Notes: generated from the sequence alone by a model not told the origin. A stretch of DNA of 28,471 nucleotides from Candidatus Methanocomedens sp. (GCA_009649835.1 PYCK01000205.1:1-28471); one strand, 5' to 3'. Shown: positions 1 through 8,833, numbered from the stretch's first letter. Numbers and translations: made by a program.

Positions 1-50
1 ATTAAGATGTAGTTGTGTTTAAAAAATATAGTTTTCAGTGGTGTTAATAA

Positions 51-920
51 TTGTCTAAACGGGTCAAATCGGGAATATATGGATTAGATGAGCTAATAGG
101 CGGAGGATTTAGGAAAAATACCGTCAACATTGTACATGGCGGTATAGGGGTTGGAAAAACTACATTCTGTTTTCAATATGCCTTGTTTGGACTAAACCGT
201 GGAGAAAAAGTCGTTTTTATATCTTTTGAAATGACAAAAGAACAAATTATCCGTGATTGCAATGAATTAGGGTTAAGCGAAATTGAAGAACATATTGAAT
301 CAGGAAATCTTAAGATAATACATATTTATGGAGAAGATCTGGCATTCCCTACAATTAGTCTGGTGGATATCTTAAAGGAAAATAAAACCGATACTGATCA
401 CATTCGATTTATTATTGATCCGCTCACTCATTATTCCATGTTTTTAGATGATGAGAAAAGGAAATCACTAAGTACAATTTTCCAAAGTTTAAGGGATTAT
501 GGCACATCTGTCATCACACTTGAAAAATCACATCCAAATGATGCGATCAACAATGGTTCTTTGATGCCGCTGTATCTTGGTGATACTGTTATACATCTGG
601 ATAATCTGGGTTTCGGTGAATTGTTTAACAGGACACTTCGTGTGGCAAAACACAGGGGTTCAAAGCATGGCGAGGGATTATACCCATATAATATCGAAAG
701 TGGTCTTGGGATAGTAATTCTTGCTTCAGAGCATGATATCAATAAAGTAACAACCACCAAAGAATTTGACGAACAGTTCATTGCTGCCATCAAGCAGGTA
801 AGTAATATAGATATTGTTGGAGAAAAGTTGGCTAAAAGAATCGAACACTTAAGAAATGACTGGAACCATAGCGAAAGTCCTGAATATATTCTTGACCTGG
901 TAACAAAAAACGAAAAGTAA
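51..920 (+). CDS. Single-domain KaiC/RAD55-like (RecA-superfamily) ATPase with ~60-aa C-terminal extension
   Basis: N-terminal RVKSGIYGLDELIGGG, Walker A GGIGVGKT, Walker B FIIDP, GDTVIHL and LRVAKHRGS (KaiC-type Arg finger region). TTG start after GTGGTG. Confidence 0.9.
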   Translation: MSKRVKSGIYGLDELIGGGFRKNTVNIVHGGIGVGKTTFCFQYALFGLNRGEKVVFISFEMTKEQIIRDCNELGLSEIEEHIESGNLKIIHIYGEDLAFPTISLVDILKENKTDTDHIRFIIDPLTHYSMFLDDEKRKSLSTIFQSLRDYGTSVITLEKSHPNDAINNGSLMPLYLGDTVIHLDNLGFGELFNRTLRVAKHRGSKHGEGLYPYNIESGLGIVILASEHDINKVTTTKEFDEQFIAAIKQVSNIDIVGEKLAKRIEHLRNDWNHSESPEYILDLVTKNEK

Positions 921-925
921 CTATA

Positions 926-1279
926 ATGATCAGATCAAAACTCGAACTAACCCTGGATGATCTATATGAAACTGAAGGAGTAGATGCCTGTATATTATAC
1001 CGCATTGACGGTATACCTATAACTGTCAGGACACCCCGGGACAGCGCAATTATTGAGGTGATGTTCTGGCTTGAAAAACAGATAAAACATGTATTAAGAA
1101 ATATGGATAAAGAAGGTTTAAAGGCAGCCACATTTGATTTTAAAAATTACCAAATTCTTCTTACACCATCATCCAGGTCAACGGTCCTGGTTACCCTAAT
1201 AAATCCTCATGCCCATAAACAACTTATTTCCATAGAAATTGCAAGAGCAAAATCCAAAATCCACAAGTGCGTTTCATAA
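926..1279 (+). CDS. Roadblock/LC7 (MglB-like) domain protein
   Basis: 117 aa; LDDLYETEGVDACILYRIDGIPI fits the roadblock helix-GV-strand-DG pattern; 5 nt after the ATPase stop, so probably co-transcribed. Confidence 0.75.
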   Translation: MIRSKLELTLDDLYETEGVDACILYRIDGIPITVRTPRDSAIIEVMFWLEKQIKHVLRNMDKEGLKAATFDFKNYQILLTPSSRSTVLVTLINPHAHKQLISIEIARAKSKIHKCVS

Positions 1280-1681
1280 TAAAAGAAGTTCCTGGATGCC
1301 TGTTATTTTATCTTTCGATATTGTAATTTTTGCCTCAATATCCTTAAATGCCGGTATCCCGTCGGGCGTTTCATCTGGAACCAATGCATTTACCCACAGC
1401 CCATTAATCATAAACCCCAGACCTTTTTGTTCTTCCCTGGGTGATACCCTGGCCCTGACCACCACACTACCCCATTTTGATGTGAGCCTGACGTTTATCC
1501 CGTCCTGGATACCCATACGTTTCATTTCGGCAGCGTCCAGCACTATCAAGGCAGACAGCTCCATGCATTCATCACTAAAACGGTCCTCTTCACATGCACT
1601 GGCCTGGAACACGTCCCTGCGGGTTATGATCTTGATATCGTATTCCGGGGCCTTGATGAACTTACTAACATCCAGCGCCAT
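1274..1681 (-). CDS. fwdD: FwdD/FmdD-like molybdopterin-dinucleotide-binding subunit (divergent)
   Basis: MKRMGIQDGINVRLTSKWGSVVVRA, GLWVNALV and PAFKDI align to FwdD; 1-nt overlap with the fwdB stop. Confidence 0.85.
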   Translation of the reverse strand: MALDVSKFIKAPEYDIKIITRRDVFQASACEEDRFSDECMELSALIVLDAAEMKRMGIQDGINVRLTSKWGSVVVRARVSPREEQKGLGFMINGLWVNALVPDETPDGIPAFKDIEAKITISKDKITGIQELLLL

Positions 1682-2937
1682 CAGCTTACCTCCTCCATGA
1701 TACGTCTTACTATCATTTCATCAGACAATCCATCTACCTGCATAAGGGGAGAAATGTCCATTTTCTTCCCGTCCAACCTGATGGCAGTTCCACCAACTTC
1801 TATACCAGAGACCCCGCATGGAATGGTCACATCCGCTACCCTGGTGGTCAGGTTTGAACAGGGGTCCACCAGGATTAACGGAATATCCTTCAACCGCCTG
1901 GAAATGGATAAGGGTAAGCTTGCCAGGGGGTCAGAACCCACAACCATTACAGCATCGGCACCGTGCTTCAACTGCTCCACTACGGAATATTCAACACTGG
2001 ATACCGGACCATTTTTTGTGAATCCGACCCTGTGAATATATCCTGTTTCCTCATGCAGATTGTGATTAAAACCCCGCATATTAAAATGACCTGCCATCGG
2101 GATCAGGAAAAAGTTTGAGAAACGGTTCAATGTGTTCATAAATTCTGAAATGAGGTCAAATTCTTCTTTAATGGAATAAACCAGCCCCAATCCAGCAAAA
2201 ATGACCCCGAATTCTGCTTTTTTTAATACAGCAGCCAGTTCCAGGATGCGTTTAACATCAAAATCATAGGATAACTTAGGTACACGACCGGCCAACCCAT
2301 CCATCAATGCCCGCATGAACTCAGCATCACCACCGGGCAAAATGCTGAAGAACATACCTTTAGATATCTTTGCGGTCCTGGACTGCGTAACATCAATGCA
2401 GATGGCTGTCCTGTCCTCTTCATATCCCCGCTGCCTCAACTCGCCCCTTGGAAAATATGAATATTTTGAAAGGTGGCGGGGATGGGAACTCATGGGGTCA
2501 GCACCCCAGTAGACTACTACATCTGCCTTTTCCCTTACATCTTCCAGGGTGCAGGAAGGGACGTTGCCGTTTATTATCTCGTTAATAGTGATACCCTGGC
2601 AGAAGGATGAAGTTGAATCTATGCAGGCACCCAGGGTCTGTGCCAGTTCTATACCTGCAACCTGGGCCTCTGAAGTGGAATTGCTCCACCCGTAGAGCAA
2701 CGGGTTTTTGGCCTTTTCAAGTATCTCCGCCGCCTGGCTAATAGCATTATTTACATCAACTTCCTCTTGATCCACTGTGGACATGGCAGTATGTTTACAC
2801 CCATATACCCTGGCTTTGCCCTTAAGGCAGGCATGTTCCACCTTCTCGACCCTGTTATCTTTGATATATACCTGGATATCCTCACAAAGCAGGGCACAAC
2901 CGGTGCAGGTCCATGTAATTGGTTCAGTCATTCTCAT
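1681..2937 (-). CDS. fwdB: FwdB/FmdB-like Mo/W-pterin catalytic-subunit paralog (divergent active site); start may be the second ATG at 2931
   Basis: CTGCALLC...C [4Fe-4S] motif, KAKNPLLYGWS, ADVVVYWG.DPMSSHPRH, EFGVIFAGLG, LIPMAGHFN and GGTAIRLDG all align to FwdB. Confidence 0.9.
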   Translation of the reverse strand: MRMTEPITWTCTGCALLCEDIQVYIKDNRVEKVEHACLKGKARVYGCKHTAMSTVDQEEVDVNNAISQAAEILEKAKNPLLYGWSNSTSEAQVAGIELAQTLGACIDSTSSFCQGITINEIINGNVPSCTLEDVREKADVVVYWGADPMSSHPRHLSKYSYFPRGELRQRGYEEDRTAICIDVTQSRTAKISKGMFFSILPGGDAEFMRALMDGLAGRVPKLSYDFDVKRILELAAVLKKAEFGVIFAGLGLVYSIKEEFDLISEFMNTLNRFSNFFLIPMAGHFNMRGFNHNLHEETGYIHRVGFTKNGPVSSVEYSVVEQLKHGADAVMVVGSDPLASLPLSISRRLKDIPLILVDPCSNLTTRVADVTIPCGVSGIEVGGTAIRLDGKKMDISPLMQVDGLSDEMIVRRIMEEVS

Positions 2938-2943
2938 CTTACC

Positions 2944-3405
2944 TCATACGAACTCAATAGCCTCAGTTGGGCATGGGTCTATGCATGCCCTGCACAGTAT
3001 CCTGTCTTTACCAAAACGCCTGCATTCCTTCACATTGGCAGCTTTTACCTTTCCGTTTTCGACTCTGAAAATGACCTTTTCATTTGTCGGACCAAAACCC
3101 CTGCCTGAACCGTAAGGGTCATTGGCAACATTTACAGGGCAAGCGACTACACAGTTACCGCAGCCTGAGCAGAGTTCTTCATGTATAATGAGCCCGGTCT
3201 CCTCTGCACCTTCCATTGGCTTTAATATAATTTCCAGTTTCTGCCTTGAGTCGATGTATTTATCCTCTTCCATTAGCGGCGGGCATTCGGTGTACTGTTT
3301 GGTGCGTGAAAGTAATGCTACGGCAAATGCCATACAGGTAGATTCATTACATTTCTTGCAATTTGTTTTTGGCAGTAATTGATATATTTCCATTGCACTT
3401 GTCAT
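2944..3405 (-). CDS. fwdG: FwdG-like Fe-S protein: N-terminal CxxC-x4-C...CP Fe-S domain plus 2[4Fe-4S] ferredoxin
   Basis: IYQLLPKTNCKKCNESTCMAFA...ECPPL, then CSGCGNCVVACP and C...CRACIDPCP. Start moved to ATG 3405 (MTSAME), which follows GTGGT. Confidence 0.8.
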   Translation of the reverse strand: MTSAMEIYQLLPKTNCKKCNESTCMAFAVALLSRTKQYTECPPLMEEDKYIDSRQKLEIILKPMEGAEETGLIIHEELCSGCGNCVVACPVNVANDPYGSGRGFGPTNEKVIFRVENGKVKAANVKECRRFGKDRILCRACIDPCPTEAIEFV

Positions 3406-3518
3406 TTTGTAACCACGTAGTAGGGAAGTAACGAACCTTGCATAGCTGTCAATTGAATACAATTGTAGATAGTTCCGAATATAAATAAAAACTTCCTGTG
3501 GCCTGGAAAGCCGATGTT

Positions 3519-3549
3519 AAGAAAATGCTCACTTTGTTCGCATTTTCTT
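3519..3549. promoter_or_regulatory. Perfect 10-bp inverted repeat upstream of fwdGBD
   Basis: AAGAAAATGC (3519-3528), 11-nt spacer, GCATTTTCTT (3540-3549). A minus-strand TATA-like tract lies at about 3478-3490. Confidence 0.45.
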
Positions 3550-3611
3550 TAGCATACAGGAAAGTATATACTTTACCTATATGTTAAAAAAGCAGCAGAA
3601 GTGAAAAAAGA

Positions 3612-3655
3612 AAACAAGAAACTGCTCGCTTGCGCTCGCAGTTACTTATAGTACA
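3612..3655. repeat. Dispersed hairpin element, copy 1 (second copy at 25889-25930)
   Basis: AAACAAGAAA overlapping the hairpin AACTGC-TC-GC-TTGC-GC-TC-GCAGTT (3620-3643), followed by ACTT-AT-AGTACA. Confidence 0.65.
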
Positions 3656-3700
3656 CAATCTTATAGATCATACACAAAAAGAAAAAACAAACTGATGTTT

Positions 3701-4639
3701 TCACACCAGTCTATTAATCGGATGGTTTGGATCCATTATTTCCATGCCGAGATCTTTTGCAGTCTCTGCCAGCATGATATCTACTAAGGCAACTGCAGGG
3801 AATACTGACCTGACATTTTCAATAGGACCGTACAGCAGGCAGTCTGCGCCAACTACCTGGCATACAAGGTTGGTTCCAATATCCGCGGGCATGTAGGCTT
3901 CCTTATGTTCCTTTTTGAACTTCTTGAGCCAATCCCATGCAGATGCCATGTTATGGAAACCACCGCCAGTTGGAAGTCCCAGATGTCCCTTGACTGCCAT
4001 GATAGACCTGACAGTTGCACCTGCACCTGAACCAGGCGGCATAGCTGCCACATCGACAATTGGTCTGGTTATTCCACAATCCTTGGCAACATCAAGCATA
4101 CCTTTTGCCTGGCCAGTACCGCCAATCTCAAGGATGTCCATTTTGCCTTTCACTGAAGGGTCTGTAGCATTGAATGCCAGTACGATGGCTGCATCCAGAT
4201 CGCTTTCCGTAACTGCTGCAATCTCTTCTTCATTGACACTGGCATTGATAGAGTTGTGTATGGCCCTATCTGCCACGCCAATCTCAGTACAATACTTTGC
4301 TGCTGCTGCTCTCACATCACCAGCTGAAGAGTCTATCAGGAATGCAGTTTTATCATCGATATCGACAAACCAGTCTATAAATTTTATTATAGCTTCCGGT
4401 GTCTCACCCACGATCTGGTTAATATAGGGAACACCTGTTACGTCCCCCATCTCTTGTTGTGTGTGCCACAGATCATCTGCCTGGTCTTTGTTAAATATAC
4501 CTTTATCTTCGTCAGTCACAATTTTGTGCTTGCCGTAGAACATAGTACTGATCAGGACAGTGGGATACTGTCCTGGCTGCCCTCCCATCTTTACGCCGCC
4601 AAAATCGAAAACTTCCTGTTCTTTATCAAACCTAAACAT
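3701..4639 (-). CDS. mtrH: Tetrahydromethanopterin S-methyltransferase subunit H
   Basis: MFRFDKEQEVFDFGGVKMGGQPGQYPTVL, FLIDSS, ADCLLYGPIENV; last gene of the mtr operon; SD GAGGTGA. Confidence 0.97.
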   Translation of the reverse strand: MFRFDKEQEVFDFGGVKMGGQPGQYPTVLISTMFYGKHKIVTDEDKGIFNKDQADDLWHTQQEMGDVTGVPYINQIVGETPEAIIKFIDWFVDIDDKTAFLIDSSAGDVRAAAAKYCTEIGVADRAIHNSINASVNEEEIAAVTESDLDAAIVLAFNATDPSVKGKMDILEIGGTGQAKGMLDVAKDCGITRPIVDVAAMPPGSGAGATVRSIMAVKGHLGLPTGGGFHNMASAWDWLKKFKKEHKEAYMPADIGTNLVCQVVGADCLLYGPIENVRSVFPAVALVDIMLAETAKDLGMEIMDPNHPINRLV

Positions 4640-4654
4640 TTATTATCACCTCGT

Positions 4655-4951
4655 TCACTTAAATAGAATTCTTAATACTGCATTCAAAAGGCTTTCACCT
4701 TCCTGTAAGGGAATCGGATTGGTTGGGGATAATCCCAACGTTGTTACTATCAACAGATACATTACTACTATTATTAGAGCAACGCAAATGCCATATAGTA
4801 TTCCAATATCCCTGCCAAGTCGTTTTCCTATTCTCTGCTGGATCTCACTGTTAGTGAATTCGATCTTCTCATCAATGTGGTCCAGTTTCTTGATAACCTC
4901 CTGGTAGTCAGTAGGGTCAACGATTATCTCCGGAATTGTATTTTCAGCCAT
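4655..4951 (-). CDS. mtrG: Mtr subunit G (with C-terminal extension)
   Basis: KLDHIDEKIEFTNSEIQQRIGKRLGRDIGILYG followed by a TM helix. Confidence 0.95.
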   Translation of the reverse strand: MAENTIPEIIVDPTDYQEVIKKLDHIDEKIEFTNSEIQQRIGKRLGRDIGILYGICVALIIVVMYLLIVTTLGLSPTNPIPLQEGESLLNAVLRILFK

Positions 4952-4952
4952 T

Positions 4953-5189
4953 TCAAAGACCTCCCCTTACAATAATGGGCAGTCCGATCATAATGACCGC
5001 AAATACGAATCCGATCACAAGCCCTTTGAAACCAAAGGAGACTCCAGAATCAAGTTTTTGGTTTCTGGCAATAAGCTGTCCCCTGTATCTGATATCCTCA
5101 AGAAGTATATCGAAATTCGCAGCTCCGGGTGGATTAACAACCATAGGAACTCCTTTGTCGTAAACATATTCGTCGGTTTCTTCAGCCAT
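4953..5189 (-). CDS. mtrF: Mtr subunit F
   Basis: [21 protein letters not shown] followed by a TM helix; start taken at MAEE directly after the mtrA stop. Confidence 0.93.
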   Translation of the reverse strand: MAEETDEYVYDKGVPMVVNPPGAANFDILLEDIRYRGQLIARNQKLDSGVSFGFKGLVIGFVFAVIMIGLPIIVRGGL

Positions 5190-5190
5190 G

Positions 5191-5916
5191 TCATACACCT
5201 CCCAGGATCAGTAATCCAAGAATTCCAAGTGTCAGGGTAAGCCCCATCATAACACCTTCGATCTTTCCTGAATAAACACCTGATGCGAACTTGTTCATAT
5301 TACCTATATCGATAGTTTGGGCTTGAATATTCCGGATCCTCGACTGAATCAGGGCCACTTCAGCAGCCATAGGCCTGATACCTTCAAATTCTTCTTCACC
5401 CTCACCACCTTCCGAGACCTCTATGATCATTGGTTCAGCATCAAACGCTCCGGGATCACGGCCTGCCAGTTCTTTGATCTTTGCAGATATCTGTCCCTGG
5501 TCTTCCGTGCCTATCATGTCGATAATTTCAACCTGTTCCTGGAATCTGGTAATGGATTCCTCAGTCAGGTTCTCAATGTAGGGAATAGCTCCTGCTGCAC
5601 CGACAATCCTGTTCTCCTGGGTACCATTTGCATGGAATTGCATATAGGCATCCCCGGTCAGGTGACCTTTAACCTCTGAACCCGAGACAAGGAAGAACCT
5701 GATATTCGGGTTAGAGATGATATTGGCTACAAGCTTTTCGATACCAATATTCTCTGTCTTACAGGGACCTGTGATGGATGCACCTGCTTCAAGATGTGGT
5801 GCTCCCGGGAGATGGGATCCTAATGTGGTAACAGCAACCGGGTTATTCGGGTCGCCAATCTCATACTCACCTTTCAGGACAGGCCATCCCACTGCCGGTT
5901 CTCTTTTGTCTGCCAT
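5191..5916 (-). CDS. mtrA: Mtr subunit A (cobamide-binding)
   Basis: [28 protein letters not shown] (His axial ligand), GAIPYIEN, C-terminal TM helix. Confidence 0.97.
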   Translation of the reverse strand: MADKREPAVGWPVLKGEYEIGDPNNPVAVTTLGSHLPGAPHLEAGASITGPCKTENIGIEKLVANIISNPNIRFFLVSGSEVKGHLTGDAYMQFHANGTQENRIVGAAGAIPYIENLTEESITRFQEQVEIIDMIGTEDQGQISAKIKELAGRDPGAFDAEPMIIEVSEGGEGEEEFEGIRPMAAEVALIQSRIRNIQAQTIDIGNMNKFASGVYSGKIEGVMMGLTLTLGILGLLILGGV

Positions 5917-6228
5917 TTACAAGCCTCCTATCTTCATTAATACGGTAAACAGGAACATCAATATAAGACCTCCTATAAAACCGTAAAATATATTTGTCCA
6001 GACACCTGCAGTAACGGCTGCTTTTTCACGACCCGGGAAGGAAGCAAGTAGTGGATGATCCGGACCAAGTGAGTTCATCATATCATCTGATATTTTATCC
6101 AGTTCTTCCACCAGTGTTGAAATATGGTCAAGGGAGTATTCCAGTACATCCTCCTTTTCTTCTGCCAGGATTCCTGACATGGGTTCCAGGATCAGGTGTA
6201 GTTCGGGTGCAACTCTTATGTGGCTCAT
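5917..6228 (-). CDS. mtrB: Mtr subunit B
   Basis: IRVAPELHL, SFPGRE, AGVWTNIFYGF followed by a TM helix. Confidence 0.93.
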   Translation of the reverse strand: MSHIRVAPELHLILEPMSGILAEEKEDVLEYSLDHISTLVEELDKISDDMMNSLGPDHPLLASFPGREKAAVTAGVWTNIFYGFIGGLILMFLFTVLMKIGGL

Positions 6229-7064
6229 TCTAATTCCTCCGCTGATGGCAGTAAACCTGTACCAACGACCTTATATGCTTCACGGTGGACAGATTTCATG
6301 AATTTATTGAAGTATACCAGGAATATGAGCAGACCTACTAACATGGTCACTGCTGCTGAAACCGCATCGATTACGGTTAATGAGGCAAAACCTGCAATTA
6401 CCATAATAAGGGCTGCTTTTTCAATTGCCACGTACAATGTCCTGTACTGTGTCTCATCCGGTCCGAGGTTTGCATTGAATGGATGAAGTATAGTCATTGC
6501 ACCGCCAATAAAGACTATGGCAATGTATCCAGTACTTACCACACCTGGAAGTATGGCATCATTGAAAGCAAAACTTCCGGCGATAGAGGCACTAAGACCC
6601 ATCAACACCAGGGATCCCGCACCAGCGATCTCGATCATGGATTTCTCCATGATAGGGATGTTCATTTTCAGGATCTTGTTGGACATTACGCCAATCACCA
6701 ATCCGATCAAGGCTGCCACAATAAAAGATATTACAGGGCCTAATATAGTGGGAATTGGCAATATACCTGTTTCAGGTATAATCAATCCGAATATAGCTGC
6801 TACAACACCCATACCCAGGGCCACCATACCAATGGAAGGTACACCTGTACCAAGACCGTAACTACATACCCTGCGTACCGCATCTGCACCCCATACTACA
6901 GCGAATATGGAACCGATACCGCCCATAACAGAGAATATTTTAGTATCAAAAGTCTGGTTCAGCATTGTCAGGTATATTCCTGCGAGTCCGCCGATCACAC
7001 CGATCGCGATGATCGTATTGGGGGGCAGACCACCACTTGCCGGTCCTCCTTCTACAGCTGACAT
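6225..7064 (-). CDS. mtrC: Mtr subunit C
   Basis: WGADAVRRVCSYGLGTGVPSIG and ILHPFNANLGPDETQYRTL. Confidence 0.97.
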   Translation of the reverse strand: MSAVEGGPASGGLPPNTIIAIGVIGGLAGIYLTMLNQTFDTKIFSVMGGIGSIFAVVWGADAVRRVCSYGLGTGVPSIGMVALGMGVVAAIFGLIIPETGILPIPTILGPVISFIVAALIGLVIGVMSNKILKMNIPIMEKSMIEIAGAGSLVLMGLSASIAGSFAFNDAILPGVVSTGYIAIVFIGGAMTILHPFNANLGPDETQYRTLYVAIEKAALIMVIAGFASLTVIDAVSAAVTMLVGLLIFLVYFNKFMKSVHREAYKVVGTGLLPSAEELE

Positions 7065-7792
7065 TAACTAACACCTCCCATAATAGGTACGGCAATGATT
7101 GCACATAGAAGTGAAGCGATCAGGCATGATATGATTGCCTTTGGTACCCTCTTGAACTTAGGGTCATGGAATCCTTCGATAGTGCCCCCGATATTATACG
7201 AGGCAAGCACTGCGTTCACATAGAACACACCAGTGGCAAAAATTCCTGCAAGAGCGACTATGGCCGGATCAGCCGGAGCGTTTCCTATCTGCATTAACTG
7301 GACATAGACCATTGAACCGCCCACTCCTCCGAACAGACCGCCAATAGTACCGCTCACAAAACTGACAGTAGGGACGCCGTGGCCTTCAGTACCTTGTGAA
7401 ACATAGATATCCTGTCTATCTCCTGTTATTGGGTCCTTATCGACCTTGGCAGATACCGGGGGAACACCCACACAGTACACATATACTAACTGCCCGATGA
7501 ACATTGTCACCGTGATCATGATCATAGCACCCACGGCACCAGAGGCCAGCACAAGTATGAAATCCGATGTACCGAAACCACCAGGAGCTGTCGCAAGGAA
7601 ATTATACATAAATCCTGCACTGATCAGCCCGGTAAGTCCGGCACCTGCAGCCAGCTGCACTGTACCTGTACCCACACCTGTTGCCTGGGCCATTGCAGCC
7701 GGTGCACCACCAACTGGAATAAAGTGGACACCTAAGCCGATAAGCACTCCGCCCAGGGTAATAAGGGCAATAGAAATTGGATCAATTATCAT
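7064..7792 (-). CDS. mtrD: Mtr subunit D
   Basis: HFIPVGGAPAAMAQATGVGTGT and YNIGGTIEGFHDPKFK. Confidence 0.97.
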   Translation of the reverse strand: MIIDPISIALITLGGVLIGLGVHFIPVGGAPAAMAQATGVGTGTVQLAAGAGLTGLISAGFMYNFLATAPGGFGTSDFILVLASGAVGAMIMITVTMFIGQLVYVYCVGVPPVSAKVDKDPITGDRQDIYVSQGTEGHGVPTVSFVSGTIGGLFGGVGGSMVYVQLMQIGNAPADPAIVALAGIFATGVFYVNAVLASYNIGGTIEGFHDPKFKRVPKAIISCLIASLLCAIIAVPIMGGVS

Positions 7793-8682
7793 GCTGGTTC
7801 TGCACCTCCTTCCTCATCCTTGTACGGTCCGTAAGCCTTCCTGGCCTTGACCTCTACCAGCCTGTTTGCAAGTATAAGTATCAAGACAATTATCAAGCCG
7901 GCAATTACTGCATTCATCCCACTAAATACTGTAGATCTCCAGTTATCGAAGAACACTGTCCAGCCAAGGGCAAGTCCGGTAACAGGTCCTCCGAATTTTG
8001 CGCAGGCCCATACATTATCCATACCATTCCTCAGACCTGATTCGGCCTTTCTCACAATGTTTCCTGACTGTGCTGCATTCAATCCGGAGCCGAACGGCTG
8101 GTTCTGGAACTCTCGCTCAGCACCATAATGAACATCACCTGTAGACGACCCTATAGCTCCTGCGGTTATTCCCCACAGGAATGCAAGTAGTGGTAACGGG
8201 AACGGGTGTCCTAATATTTCGAACATGATATAAGAAAAACTAACAATACAAAATACTGCAATAAACCCATGTGCCATTATGGAGGGCACATGACCGATAA
8301 CCATGTCCATATAAACTGGTTGTTTGAATCGTTTCTGACTTGCTGTACGTCCCATATGGGCGGTCACTGAGAATAAGCCAAGCAATATTGCACCAGCAAG
8401 AGAGCCGATGGCAATTGCGAAAATCACTGACATATTCTGTGCCAGCAATACACTGGCCACTGTTGCTCCGGTCGCACACCATAGCCCGTAAGCCGGTGGT
8501 TCTCCGGAAATAGCTTTGTTAAATATCCTATGTGGAAAATCCATTTGGGCGGCAAGCTGCACCTGTGAGTTAGGATTGCTCTGAGAACCGACGTCTGATT
8601 CCAAATCTTCAGCAGCACCGGCAATCGTTGCAAGAGCACCCATCAGCGCAACAAGACCTAGACCCGTAATTGGATCAATCAT
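7789..8682 (-). CDS. mtrE: Mtr subunit E
   Basis: AEDLESDVGSQSNPNSQVQLA, NKAISGEP, SSTGDVHYGAER (Na+-linked Asp retained). Confidence 0.97.
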   Translation of the reverse strand: MIDPITGLGLVALMGALATIAGAAEDLESDVGSQSNPNSQVQLAAQMDFPHRIFNKAISGEPPAYGLWCATGATVASVLLAQNMSVIFAIAIGSLAGAILLGLFSVTAHMGRTASQKRFKQPVYMDMVIGHVPSIMAHGFIAVFCIVSFSYIMFEILGHPFPLPLLAFLWGITAGAIGSSTGDVHYGAEREFQNQPFGSGLNAAQSGNIVRKAESGLRNGMDNVWACAKFGGPVTGLALGWTVFFDNWRSTVFSGMNAVIAGLIIVLILILANRLVEVKARKAYGPYKDEEGGAEPA

Positions 8683-8810
8683 TTATTTTCATCCTCCTGT
8701 ACTTTTTATAATCATTACTGATGAAATCAAATTATACATAATAAATAACTTGATTACACTAACAGTCTTATCCAAAAACTAGCATTTTGACTAGCTTATA
8801 TTGGATTACC

Positions 8811-8833
8811 AGAAACCCCATATAAATGTTTCT
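8811..8833 (-). promoter_or_regulatory. Probable mtr promoter: TATA (TTTATATG on minus strand) bracketed by an AGAAAC/GTTTCT inverted repeat
   Basis: AGAAAC-CCCATATAAAT-GTTTCT; would imply a leader of about 110 nt to mtrE. Confidence 0.45.

Noticed and set aside
51-920. KaiC circadian clock (also considered for 13811-14701)
   Set aside because: Both proteins are single-domain, the Ser/Thr autophosphorylation positions read LY and DF, and no kaiA/kaiB is present in the window.
2599-2601. Selenocysteine in FwdB
   Set aside because: The ligand codon is TGC (Cys), and the ORF has no in-frame TGA.
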